Shown: positions 23,200-32,562 of the stretch, piece after piece
Layout of the letters: each line of letters begins with the position of its first letter
Numbering within the stretch: position 1 is the first letter of the stretch
Translations under genes and position numbers: made by a program
DNA from: Alphaproteobacteria bacterium
GTDB lineage: Bacteria; Pseudomonadota; Alphaproteobacteria; UBA828
Assembly (NCBI GenBank): GCA_963667785.2
Contig: CAXXMU010000001.1
Location: forward strand, 480,001-544,000
Length of the DNA stretch: 64,000 nucleotides
Direction: 5' to 3'
The notes under the pieces: generated by a model
Databases searched by the model: none
What the model saw: only the letters and a program-made list of their open reading frames with translations
What the model was told of the DNA's origin: nothing

Positions 23200-24111
23200 T
23201 TAGAGGCGCGCCTTGGTCCCCAGGCCGCCCCCCTGCATCGCCTCGCGGCGGGCGATGTAGAGGCCGCTCGCGACGATCAGCCCAGCGCCCAGCCAGGTCC
23301 ACAGGTCGACGATCTCGCCGAACCAGAGGAAGCCGATCAGCGCGGCGCCGATGAGCTGGCCGTAGTCGAAGGGGCCGACCACCGAGGCGCGGCCGTATTC
23401 GTAGGCCTTGATGACGCAGAAGTGGCCGAAGCCGCCGAGCAGGCCGAGGCCGATGAAGGCCGCCCAGTGGGCGAGCTCCGCCGGCCAGGTCCAGAAGAAG
23501 GGCCCGGCCGCCGTGGTCCCCACCAGCGCCACGACGATCGTGTAGATCGCCGTCGTGCGGTAGTCGTCCTCTGCCGCGAGCTGGCGGGTCTGGATCTGGA
23601 AGAGCGCGTAGGCCGCAGCCGCTCCCAGCACCAGGAGGAACGACCAGTGGATGACCTCGCCGCCCGGCCGGAAGATCACGGCCGCGCCGGCGAAGCCGAC
23701 CGCCACGGCGGCCCAGCGCCTCGGCCCCACCCGCTCCCCCAGCATCGGCACCGAGAGCGCCACCACCATGAGCGGCGCCGTGAAGAAGGCCATGGTCACG
23801 GCCGTGAGCTTCACGTGCGAGAGGGCGATGATGTAGAGCACGAGTGCCACGAACTGCAGCGAAGAGCGGACGAGCTGCAGGCCGGGCCGGTTGCTGCGCA
23901 GGAGCCTGAGGCCGCCATAGGGCAGGAACAGCGCGAGCATCCACGCCATGTGGACGACCGAGCGCATCCACATGACCTGCACGATCGAGTAGTCGGCGGC
24001 CAGCAGGTACTTCACCAGCGCGTTGAGGAGCGGGAAGACGACGATGGCGGTGAGGCACATGAAGAGGATGCCTCGGAGAGAATCGTCGAGGCGCGCCGGA
24101 ACCGTGGTCAT
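23200..24111 (-). CDS. DMT/EamA family transporter
   Basis: ~10 TM segments, LGERVGPRRW, VVGPFDY. Confidence 0.9.
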   Translation of the reverse strand: MTTVPARLDDSLRGILFMCLTAIVVFPLLNALVKYLLAADYSIVQVMWMRSVVHMAWMLALFLPYGGLRLLRSNRPGLQLVRSSLQFVALVLYIIALSHVKLTAVTMAFFTAPLMVVALSVPMLGERVGPRRWAAVAVGFAGAAVIFRPGGEVIHWSFLLVLGAAAAYALFQIQTRQLAAEDDYRTTAIYTIVVALVGTTAAGPFFWTWPAELAHWAAFIGLGLLGGFGHFCVIKAYEYGRASVVGPFDYGQLIGAALIGFLWFGEIVDLWTWLGAGLIVASGLYIARREAMQGGGLGTKARL

Positions 24112-24143
24112 CGTGCTCTTCTAGCCTGGATGTCTCGCCGGGG

Positions 24144-25037
24144 TTAGGTGGCCGATTGCCTTATGCGCGCTTCCCGGTGGGCGATGTAGAGGCCGCTTGC
24201 GATGATGATGGCGGCGCCCACCCAGGTCCAGGCGTCGGGAATCTCGCCGAAGACGAGGAAGCCGAGAAGGCTCGCGCCCACGAGCTGGCTGTAGTCGAAG
24301 GGGCCGAGCAGCGAGGCCTCGGCATGCTGGTAGGCCTTGATGATGAAGAAGTGGGCGAGGCCGCCCGTCACGCCGAGGGCGAAGAACAGGAACCAGTCCA
24401 TCCCGCTCTTCGGCGCCTCCCAGTAGAAGGGCACGGCGACGGTGGCCACGATGAAGGCCGCGAGGATCGTGTAGACCGCCGTCGTGCGCGAATCGTCGTA
24501 GCCCGCGAGCTTGCGGGTCTGGATCTGGTAGATCGCGTAGAGGAACGCGCCGCCGAGGACCAGCAGCGCGCCCCAGTGAACGATGTCGGCGCCGGGGCGC
24601 AGCACGATCAGCACGCCGGCGAAGCCGACGAAGACCGCCGCCCAGCGGCGCGGCCCCACCCGCTCGCCGAGGAAGGGCACCGAGAGCGCCACCAGGATCA
24701 GCGGGCCGGTGAAGAGAACCATGGTGACGGTGGTGATCGGCGTCCAGAAGAGCGAGACCCAGATCAGCGTGAAGGTGAAGAGCTGGGTGAGCGAGCGGAT
24801 GGACTGGAGCCACGGGCGGCGGGTGGCGAAGAGCCTCGGCCCCATCGCCGGCATGAAGAGCGCCACCATGAAGCCGAGATGCACGACGCAGCGGAACCAG
24901 ATGATCTGCACCATGTGATAGTCGGCGAGGAGCAGCTTCACGATGGCGTTGAGTCCGGGCAGCCCGGTGCTCGCCGCCAGGCACATGTAGAGGACGCCGA
25001 CGAGCGGCGTGCTGGAGGCAGATCGCGGGAGGGCCAT
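24144..25037 (-). CDS. DMT/EamA family transporter (paralog of neighbour)
   Basis: LGERVGPRRW, LLGPFDY, ASGLYIAHRE; alternative start 25073. Confidence 0.9.
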   Translation of the reverse strand: MALPRSASSTPLVGVLYMCLAASTGLPGLNAIVKLLLADYHMVQIIWFRCVVHLGFMVALFMPAMGPRLFATRRPWLQSIRSLTQLFTFTLIWVSLFWTPITTVTMVLFTGPLILVALSVPFLGERVGPRRWAAVFVGFAGVLIVLRPGADIVHWGALLVLGGAFLYAIYQIQTRKLAGYDDSRTTAVYTILAAFIVATVAVPFYWEAPKSGMDWFLFFALGVTGGLAHFFIIKAYQHAEASLLGPFDYSQLVGASLLGFLVFGEIPDAWTWVGAAIIIASGLYIAHREARIRQSAT

Positions 25038-25100
25038 GCGGCTCTTGTAGGCGCCCCGGCACGGGAAGGCCATGCCGTGGGAGGGCGCCGGGGAGGGCGT

Positions 25101-26723
25101 TCAGGCGCCGGCGGGGGTCTCGGCCGGGAGAGGCGGCCGCCCCAGGATCATGTCCGCCGCCTTCTCCGCGATCATGACGGTGGGGGCGGCGGTGTTGCTC
25201 GAGGTGATCAGCGGCATGACCGAAGCGTCGACGACCCTCAGCGCGTCCACGCCGCGCACCCGCAATGCCGCGTCCACCACGGCGCTCTCGTCCGTGCCCA
25301 TGCGGCAGGTGCCGACCGGATGCCAGACGGTGGTGAGGGTGGCCCTGATCCAGGCGTCGATCTCGTCGTCCGCCTGCGCCGCGCTGCCCGGCGCGATCTC
25401 CTCGCCGCGGTAGGGGTCGAACGGCGCCTGGGCCATGATCCGCCGCGCCAGGTGCACGGCGTCGCGCATGACGCGGCGGTCGGTCTCGGCGGCAAGCGTG
25501 TTGGCGTGGATCGCCGGAGCCGCACGGGAATCGGCGGCGGTGATGCGGATCTCGCCGCGGCTCTCGGGCCTCAGCTGATAGCAGTGGGTGAGGAAGCCGT
25601 GCCGGCCCTGCTTCTTGCGCGTCACGTCGAGCGTGAGGCCGGGGATGAAGGTGATCTGCAGGTCGGGGACGTCGAGGCCGGCGCGGGAGCGGGCGAAGCC
25701 GCCGGCCTCCAGCGCGACCGAGGTGCCGGGGCCGGTGCCGAGGAGATAGGCGCGCAGGCAGGCGAGCGCGGCGCGGTCGGGTCGCAGCAGGCCATAGAGG
25801 GCGACCGGCTGGGTGCAGGCGACCTGGACGTAGACGCCGGCGTGATCCTGCAGGTTGCGCCCGACATCGGCGCTTGCCACCAGGGTCTCGATGCCGAGCC
25901 CGCCGAGGTGGTCGGGCGCGCCGATGCCGGATAGCTGAAGAATCTGGGGCGAGTTGATGGTGCCGGCCGAGAGGATCACCTCGCGCCGCGCGCGGATCTC
26001 GCGGCGCCGTCCTCCCTCCCGGAAGGCCACGCCGACGCAGCGCCTGCCCTCGAAGATCAGCCGCTCGGCATGGGCGCGGAGCACGACGCGCAGGTTGGCG
26101 CGGCTCCTGACCGGCAGGATGAAGGCGTGGCCGGTGTTCACCCGCCGCCCCCGGTCGACGCAGAAGTCCTGCCGGCCGATACCCTCCTGCACCGCGCCGT
26201 TGAAGTCGTCGTTGCGCGCCATGCCGAGCGCCTCGCAGGCCTCGAGGAAGACCCCGTAGAGCGGGTTCTCCGACTGCGCCCGGTTGACGCGGAGCGGGCC
26301 GTCGCTGCCGTGGTAGGCGTCGCGGCGCGAGCCGTGGCCCTCGGCCCGCTTGAAGTAGGGCAGCACGCTCGCATAGTCCCAGCCGTCGAGGCCGAGCTGG
26401 CGCCAGCCGTCATAGTCCTGACGGTTGCCGCGCATGTACATCATGCCGTTGATCGCCGAGGTGCCGCCCAGCACCTTGCCGCGCGGCCAGGGGATGCGGC
26501 GCCCGTCGAGATGGGGCTCCGGCTCGGTCTCGTAGCCCCAGTTGATCGAGCGCATGAAATAGACGAGCCCCGCCATCAGCGGGATGTGGATGAAGGGATG
26601 GCGCGCCTCGCCGCCCGCCTCCAGCAGAGCCACGCTGGTTCCGGGCTCGGCCGAGAGCCGGTTGGCGAGAACGCAGCCGGCGGTGCCCCCGCCGATCACG
26701 ACGAAATCATGTTCCTGGGCCAT
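25101..26723 (-). CDS. GMC oxidoreductase (choline dehydrogenase-like)
   Basis: GGGTAGCVLANRLS, RGKVLGGTSAING, GRNLQDH, WHPVGTCRMG, VVDASVMP. Confidence 0.93.
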   Translation of the reverse strand: MAQEHDFVVIGGGTAGCVLANRLSAEPGTSVALLEAGGEARHPFIHIPLMAGLVYFMRSINWGYETEPEPHLDGRRIPWPRGKVLGGTSAINGMMYMRGNRQDYDGWRQLGLDGWDYASVLPYFKRAEGHGSRRDAYHGSDGPLRVNRAQSENPLYGVFLEACEALGMARNDDFNGAVQEGIGRQDFCVDRGRRVNTGHAFILPVRSRANLRVVLRAHAERLIFEGRRCVGVAFREGGRRREIRARREVILSAGTINSPQILQLSGIGAPDHLGGLGIETLVASADVGRNLQDHAGVYVQVACTQPVALYGLLRPDRAALACLRAYLLGTGPGTSVALEAGGFARSRAGLDVPDLQITFIPGLTLDVTRKKQGRHGFLTHCYQLRPESRGEIRITAADSRAAPAIHANTLAAETDRRVMRDAVHLARRIMAQAPFDPYRGEEIAPGSAAQADDEIDAWIRATLTTVWHPVGTCRMGTDESAVVDAALRVRGVDALRVVDASVMPLITSSNTAAPTVMIAEKAADMILGRPPLPAETPAGA

Positions 26724-26793
26724 TCTTCCCCCTGCATCCGGGGAGCGCGTGCCCTAGACTGCGCCGCCCGCACCCGCCACGACGGATCCCGCC

Positions 26794-28755
26794 ATGGCCT
26801 TCGACACCCTGTTCAGCCCCATCACGGTGGGCGGCCGCGCGCTGCGCAACCGCATCGTGCACACCGCGACCGTCACCGGCCTCGGCCGCGACCGTGCGGT
26901 GACGGACCGCCTCATCGCCTACCACGCGGCACGGGCGCGCGGCGGCGCCGCGATGATCGTGACCGAGCTCATGAACGTCCACCCCACCAGCACCGGCGCG
27001 CCGATCCTGGTGAGCCTCCATGACGAAGGCAACCTGGCGGGGCTCACGCGCTGGGCCGAGGCGGTGGAGCGCCACGATTGCCGACTGATCGGCCAGCTCG
27101 GCCATATCGGCCGCCAGCAGCTCTGGGGTCTCGATTCCGTGCCGCGCAGCGCCTCCGCCGAGCCCGACGCGCTCTACTGGAACACCGCCCGCCCGCTCGC
27201 CGAGGACGAGATCCCCGGCATCGTCGCGGGCTACGCCGAGAGCGCGGAGCGGCTGAAGCGCGCGGGCTTCAGCGGCGTCGAGCTGCATGGCGCCCACGGC
27301 TACCTGATCGCGCAGTTTCTCTCGCCCGCCTGCAACGTACGCACCGACGGCTACGGCGGCAGCCTCGAGGGCCGCACACGCTTCATGCGCGAGGTGCTGG
27401 CGGCGGTCCGCGCCGCCTGCGGCGAGGGCTTCATCGTCGGCATCAAGCTGCCGGCGGACGAGCGGGTGCCGGGCGGCATCGCTCCCGACGAGGCGGAACG
27501 CATCGCCGCGGCGGCCGCCGCCGAAGGCGTGCTCGACTATCTCTCCTTCAGCCAGGGCGTGTTCGGTCCCGAATTCGACGCTCATCTGCCGGACATGCAC
27601 TACCCGCCCAGGCCCTTCATTCCGCTTCATGCGCGGCTGCGCGCGGCCGGCGGCGGGCTTCCGGTGATCGGCCTCGGCCGCTTCGAATCGGCCGACGCAG
27701 CCGACGCCGCGCTCGCCGAAGGCGCCTGCGACATGGTCGGCTTCAGCCGGCTGTTGATATCGGACGCCGATTGGCCGCGCAAGACGGAGGCCGGCAGGGC
27801 CGGCGACATCCGCGCCTGCACCTACTGCAACTATTGCTGGGGCGAGATTCACGCAGGCAAGCCCATCCGCTGCTTCCAGAACCCGGTGCTGGCAAGCGCG
27901 GACGAATCCGGATGGCGACCGCCGCGAGCCTCCCGGCAGAAGCGCGTGGCGGTGGTCGGCGCCGGCCTCGCAGGGCTCGAGTCCGCCTGGCTCGCGGCCG
28001 CGCGCGGCCACGCCGTGACGCTCTTCTCCGCGAGCGCCGAGCCGGGCGGCGCGGCACGGCTCGAGGCCCGCCTGCCGGGGCGGGCGGAGGTGATGAAGAC
28101 CGCCGCGTTCCAGCGCCAGAAGGCGGAGGCGGCGGGCGTGGCGTTCCGCTTCGGCGAGGCGGCGACGGCAGAGACGGTGACGGCCTGCGGGCCGGACGCG
28201 GTGATCCTTGCCACGGGCTCGCGGATGCGCCGGCCGCCCGCGCTCGCGGAGGATGCCGAGGCGCACGATCTGCGCAGTGCCGTCGCGGCCCTTGCCGGGG
28301 CAGGGGGCAACTCGGCCAGGGAGCCGGGCACCGCCGTCTTGCTCGACATGGACCAGACGCCCGCGGTCTATGCCGCGGCGGAGCTCCTGGCGCAGCGCTT
28401 CGCCCGCGTCGTCCTGCTGACGCCGGCGCCCGAGAGCGCGCGCTTCGTCAACCTGATGTCGCGCATGGGGGTGGAGCGCCGCCTCGCCCTGCTCGAAATC
28501 GACGTGCGCCGGCTCACCGAGCCGATCGCGCGCACGGGCGGCCGCGTCACCTGCCGCCACGTGATCACCGGCGCCGAGACGGTGATCGAGGAGGTCGCGC
28601 TGCTGACCTACGCCACGCCGCGCATCGCGCGAGACGAGCTGGCGGCAGGGCTGGCGGAAGCCGGGGTTCCGGTCACGCTCGTCGGCGACTGCCTGCTGCC
28701 GCGCGATGCGGCTTCCGCCATCCACGACGGCCACCGCGCCGCGCTCGCGCTCTAG
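26794..28755 (+). CDS. NADH:flavin oxidoreductase (OYE barrel + 4Fe-4S + FAD; FadH/TMADH-like)
   Basis: ELHGAHGYL, RTDGYGGS, CTYCNYC...CFQNP, VVGAGLAG. Confidence 0.9.
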   Translation: MAFDTLFSPITVGGRALRNRIVHTATVTGLGRDRAVTDRLIAYHAARARGGAAMIVTELMNVHPTSTGAPILVSLHDEGNLAGLTRWAEAVERHDCRLIGQLGHIGRQQLWGLDSVPRSASAEPDALYWNTARPLAEDEIPGIVAGYAESAERLKRAGFSGVELHGAHGYLIAQFLSPACNVRTDGYGGSLEGRTRFMREVLAAVRAACGEGFIVGIKLPADERVPGGIAPDEAERIAAAAAAEGVLDYLSFSQGVFGPEFDAHLPDMHYPPRPFIPLHARLRAAGGGLPVIGLGRFESADAADAALAEGACDMVGFSRLLISDADWPRKTEAGRAGDIRACTYCNYCWGEIHAGKPIRCFQNPVLASADESGWRPPRASRQKRVAVVGAGLAGLESAWLAAARGHAVTLFSASAEPGGAARLEARLPGRAEVMKTAAFQRQKAEAAGVAFRFGEAATAETVTACGPDAVILATGSRMRRPPALAEDAEAHDLRSAVAALAGAGGNSAREPGTAVLLDMDQTPAVYAAAELLAQRFARVVLLTPAPESARFVNLMSRMGVERRLALLEIDVRRLTEPIARTGGRVTCRHVITGAETVIEEVALLTYATPRIARDELAAGLAEAGVPVTLVGDCLLPRDAASAIHDGHRAALAL

Positions 28756-28850
28756 CGAGGCGGCCAGCATCGAGGGGGCCGCCGGCGGACGCAGATCGCC
28801 GCGGTCGCCCCGTCACCGGCGCCTTACCGTCACCGCCGCAGGGCGCCCTC

Positions 28851-29990
28851 TCACCAGACGCCGGGCATGATCCGGTACTTCACCCGTGCCCGGTACTCCG
28901 CCCACTTCTCGGGGCCGTACTTCTCGGCACAGTGCACCTCGTCCTCGACCTGGCGAATGGTGAACAGCGTGACGATGAAGACGAAATAGGTCCACGCCCA
29001 GGGATTGTCGAAGTAGCCGAACGAGAGCGCGACCGAGAGGGCAAGGAACCCCTCGCCCAAGTAATTGAAGTGGCGGGCGGCGCCCCAGAAGCCGCTGCAC
29101 AGGATCTTGCGGTCGCCCGCCTGAATGTACTGGGGCTCGATGAGCCCGAGAAACTTGCGGTCGGGCCATCGCTTGAAGGCGTACTTCTGCAGGTTGCCGC
29201 CGCGCGAAATGCCCCACCCGAACAGGAACAGCGCACCCGTTCCGATGAGCCAGACATAGGTCCATGCCGGCGAGAAACCGGGGTCGGGGTGAGCGGCCAT
29301 GCCCCACAACGGCAGGATGTACAGCCAGCCGTAGATGATGAGGCCGCCCCAGAAGAGCTTGAAGCCCACCTTCTCGTGCATCAGGTCGTAGGTGTAGAGC
29401 TGGACGCGCTCGAAGATGAAGTAGTCGAATATGTAAAACGTGAAGAACGCCGCATAGAGGAAGACGCCCGGATTGGCGTCGGCGCCGAAGCGATCATAGT
29501 GCCACGCGGCGCCTGACAACGCATTGAGCGACAGCATGATTCCGCCGACGACGTAGAAATACATCTTCACGTCGAAGCGGCTCTTGAAGAACGAGAGCTC
29601 CTGGGCCCGCCCGACCCAGAGGTCCGCAACGAGACTCCTGTTCCCCTTCTTCGGCTGGGTGAAGACCGCCAGGGCGGTGAAGATGATGGAGAACAGCGTT
29701 CCGCCGGCGACGGCATAGAGCGTGGAGCGGTAGAACCAGTCGCGCGGCATCCCGGTGGCCTCGAACGCCCACACGATCACCGCGATCACGAACACCAGGA
29801 TGCCGTTCAGCCGATACTTGCGGGGCTCGCCGGTCTCCGGATTGATGACGTAGCCGGGCACCCACTTTCCCGGAAGGATCACCTGCAACGCGAAAAACAC
29901 GGCGAAGATCGCCAGCGGGGTGAAGAACGCCGCGATCATTTCCGTCCGGGAGAGCTCGAAGAGGTGGTCGATACCGATCCATTCATTCAT
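28851..29990 (-). CDS. ERG4/ERG24 family sterol reductase-like membrane protein
   Basis: YRLNG, EKVGFKLFWG, LCSGFWGAARHFNYLGE, CAEKYG..W.EY...VKYRIMPG. Confidence 0.85.
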   Translation of the reverse strand: MNEWIGIDHLFELSRTEMIAAFFTPLAIFAVFFALQVILPGKWVPGYVINPETGEPRKYRLNGILVFVIAVIVWAFEATGMPRDWFYRSTLYAVAGGTLFSIIFTALAVFTQPKKGNRSLVADLWVGRAQELSFFKSRFDVKMYFYVVGGIMLSLNALSGAAWHYDRFGADANPGVFLYAAFFTFYIFDYFIFERVQLYTYDLMHEKVGFKLFWGGLIIYGWLYILPLWGMAAHPDPGFSPAWTYVWLIGTGALFLFGWGISRGGNLQKYAFKRWPDRKFLGLIEPQYIQAGDRKILCSGFWGAARHFNYLGEGFLALSVALSFGYFDNPWAWTYFVFIVTLFTIRQVEDEVHCAEKYGPEKWAEYRARVKYRIMPGVW

Positions 29991-30067
29991 GACCAGCTAC
30001 CCCTTTCTCCGATGATTCGGTCGCTTCGCAACGGAACAAGTCCGGCCGCCAGCGAGAGCGGCAGGGC

Positions 30068-30820
30068 CTAGTCGGGAATTGCGTCGGCGCCCGGCAGCAG
30101 CGCGCCGAACTCGCGCTCGGCCGCCTTGGGGTCGCTCCGCATCAGCGCCTCGGTCTGGATCGAGTGGTCGCCGATGCAGACGTCCTCGAGGCCCCGCTCC
30201 AGCGCGTCGCAAATGCCCTCTGCCACCGCCTCGGGCGGCTGCTTCTCGCCGTCGAAGCCCGCGACCATCGGCGTGTCGGTGGAGCTCGGGAAGACCGCGA
30301 GCACATGGGTGCCCTGGGCGGCGAGCTCCGCCCGCATGCACTGGGTCGCGGACCACGCCGCGGCCTTGCTCGCCGCGTAGTTGCCGCAGAAGGGCGCGCT
30401 GACCCGCGCGACCTCGGAAAGCACGTTGACCAGCGCGCCGCCGCCGTTCCCGGCGAGCACCGGGGCGAAGGCCCTGGCCACGTGGAGATAGCCCCAGAAA
30501 TTGACCTCGAACTGGGCGCGCGCCGCGTCCAGCGCCGGCGCGCTCATCACGCCGTCCCAGGCGATGATGGCGGCGTTGTTGACCACCAGCGTGACGTCTG
30601 CGCACGCATCCGCGGCGCGCCGCACCGCCGCCTCGTCGGCCACGTCCAGCGGCAGCGGCTCGACCGCGGCGCCCGCCGGGAACGCGGCCGCCGCGAGCGC
30701 GTCGGGCAGGTCCGCCGCATGGATGCGGCGTGCGCCACGCGCCGCCAGCGCCGCCACGAGGGTGGTGCCGATACCGCCGGCAGCGCCGGTGACGAGAGCC
30801 TCGCAGCCGTCGATCTGCAT
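30068..30820 (-). CDS. short-chain dehydrogenase/reductase
   Basis: TGAAGGIG, NNA, YAASK; start at ATG 30820. Confidence 0.9.
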   Translation of the reverse strand: MQIDGCEALVTGAAGGIGTTLVAALAARGARRIHAADLPDALAAAAFPAGAAVEPLPLDVADEAAVRRAADACADVTLVVNNAAIIAWDGVMSAPALDAARAQFEVNFWGYLHVARAFAPVLAGNGGGALVNVLSEVARVSAPFCGNYAASKAAAWSATQCMRAELAAQGTHVLAVFPSSTDTPMVAGFDGEKQPPEAVAEGICDALERGLEDVCIGDHSIQTEALMRSDPKAAEREFGALLPGADAIPD

Positions 30821-30824
30821 CGCG

Positions 30825-31658
30825 TCAGTCGCTCTTGTCCGGGTCGCGGACATCGCTCTTGACCGTGGTGAGCTCAGTGTAGCTGAAGATGAGGCCCGCG
30901 GCATCGAAGCCGCCGTCGACGTTGACCACGCTGCCGGTGAGGTAGGCCGCCTCGTCGCTGGCGAGGAAGAGCGCGGCGCCTGCGACGTCGCGGGCGTGGC
31001 CGAAGCGCTCCAGCGGGATCCGCTCCAGGTAGCGGCGCTCCTGATCCGGGCCCATGCTGGTGATGCCGGTGTCGATGGGGCCGGGCGCGATGGCATTGAC
31101 GGCGATGCCGCGCGGGCCGAGCTCGACCGCCATGATCCGCGTCATCTGGTGGATGCCGGCCTTGGTCACGCCGTAGGCGGTGCGCCCGTAGCTGCCGCGC
31201 TGGCCCGAGATCGAGCCGATGTTCACGATCCGCCCGCCGCCCTGCGCGGCCATGAGGCGCGCCGCGCCCTGGGCACAGAGGAAGGCGCTGGTGAGGTTGT
31301 TGCGCAGCACGCGCTCCCAGTCCTCGAAGGTGAGCTCGAGGAAGGCGCCGTGATGGGCGATGCCGGCATTGTTGATGAGGATGTCGAGGCGGCCGCCGAA
31401 GCACGTCTGCGCCTCCGCGAACAGGTGGCGCACGCCCTCCGGCAGGCCAAGGTCGGCGGTGCAGGCGCCGGCCTCTCCGCCCGCCTTGCCGATCTCGTCC
31501 GCCGCATCCTGCGCCCGCTCGCCGTCGATGTCGGCGAGCAGCACGTGCGCCCCTTCCGCGGCGAAGCGGCGCCCGATCTCGCGGCCGATCCCGCGCCCGC
31601 CGCCGGTGACGATCGCCGTCTTTCCCTCCAGCCGCATCGCCTCCATCCCGTCGTTCAC
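30825..31658 (-). CDS. short-chain dehydrogenase/reductase (FabG-like)
   Basis: TGGGRGIG, NNAG, YGVTK, NAIAPG; exact start uncertain (31658/31646/31637). Confidence 0.9.
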   Translation of the reverse strand: MNDGMEAMRLEGKTAIVTGGGRGIGREIGRRFAAEGAHVLLADIDGERAQDAADEIGKAGGEAGACTADLGLPEGVRHLFAEAQTCFGGRLDILINNAGIAHHGAFLELTFEDWERVLRNNLTSAFLCAQGAARLMAAQGGGRIVNIGSISGQRGSYGRTAYGVTKAGIHQMTRIMAVELGPRGIAVNAIAPGPIDTGITSMGPDQERRYLERIPLERFGHARDVAGAALFLASDEAAYLTGSVVNVDGGFDAAGLIFSYTELTTVKSDVRDPDKSD

Positions 31659-31754
31659 GGCCCGCCCTATCGGCTGGCAGGGCGCGGAGTCAACCCTCGC
31701 AGGTCCCGGGGCGCCGGGCTATCCTGCGCCGGCCATGAGGACGGGCAGAGGCAC

Positions 31755-32525
31755 ATGAGGCTCGCCGGCAAGGCGGCGATCGTCACCGGCGCAGGGTCCG
31801 GCATCGGCCGCGCCACGGCGCTGCGCTTCGCCAGGGAGGGCGCGGCGGTCGCCTGCGCGGGCCTCAGCGCCGACGACAACGTCGCCACGGTGCGCGCGAT
31901 CGAGAAGGCGGGCGGCAGCGCCGTCGCCATCGAGGCCGACGTCATGCAGGACGACGACGTGGCGGGGATGGTGCAGGCCGCCATCGAGGCGCTCGGCCAC
32001 GTCGACATCCTCGTCAACAACGCCGGCCAGGCCGTGATCGGCGGCGTGGAGGAGGTGGCGCGTCCCGACTGGGACCGCCAGATGGATGTCAACGTCACCA
32101 GCATCTACCGGGGCGCCAAGGCGGTCTGGGGCCACATGCGCGAGCGTGGCGGCGGCGCGATCCTGAACACCGCCTCCGTCGCCGGCCTCATCGGCACGCC
32201 GGGGCAGGTGGCCTACGCCACCTCCAAGGGCGCCGTCGTCATGCTGACCAAGTGCCTGGCCCTGGACGGCGCGAAGGACAAGATCAGGGTCAACTGCGTC
32301 TGCCCCGGCTGGGTGCAGACGCCGATGGTCGACTACCACCTCTCCCAGCTCGACGACCCGGAGGCGTTCAGGGAGCGGCTCGCGCGGCTGCACCCCTTGG
32401 GCGTGGGCGAGCCGGCGGATATCGCCGCCGGCTTCGTCTACCTCGCGTCCGACGAGGCGCGATGGGTCACCGGCATCGCGCTCACCATCGACGGCGGCGT
32501 GAGCTGCGGGCTCGTGCCCGAGTGA
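31755..32525 (+). CDS. short-chain dehydrogenase/reductase
   Basis: TGAGSGIG, NNAG, YATSK, NCVCPG. Confidence 0.9.
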   Translation: MRLAGKAAIVTGAGSGIGRATALRFAREGAAVACAGLSADDNVATVRAIEKAGGSAVAIEADVMQDDDVAGMVQAAIEALGHVDILVNNAGQAVIGGVEEVARPDWDRQMDVNVTSIYRGAKAVWGHMRERGGGAILNTASVAGLIGTPGQVAYATSKGAVVMLTKCLALDGAKDKIRVNCVCPGWVQTPMVDYHLSQLDDPEAFRERLARLHPLGVGEPADIAAGFVYLASDEARWVTGIALTIDGGVSCGLVPE

Positions 32526-32562
32526 GGGCCCGCGCGGCGCGGGCCGGCCAGCGGAGAACAGC

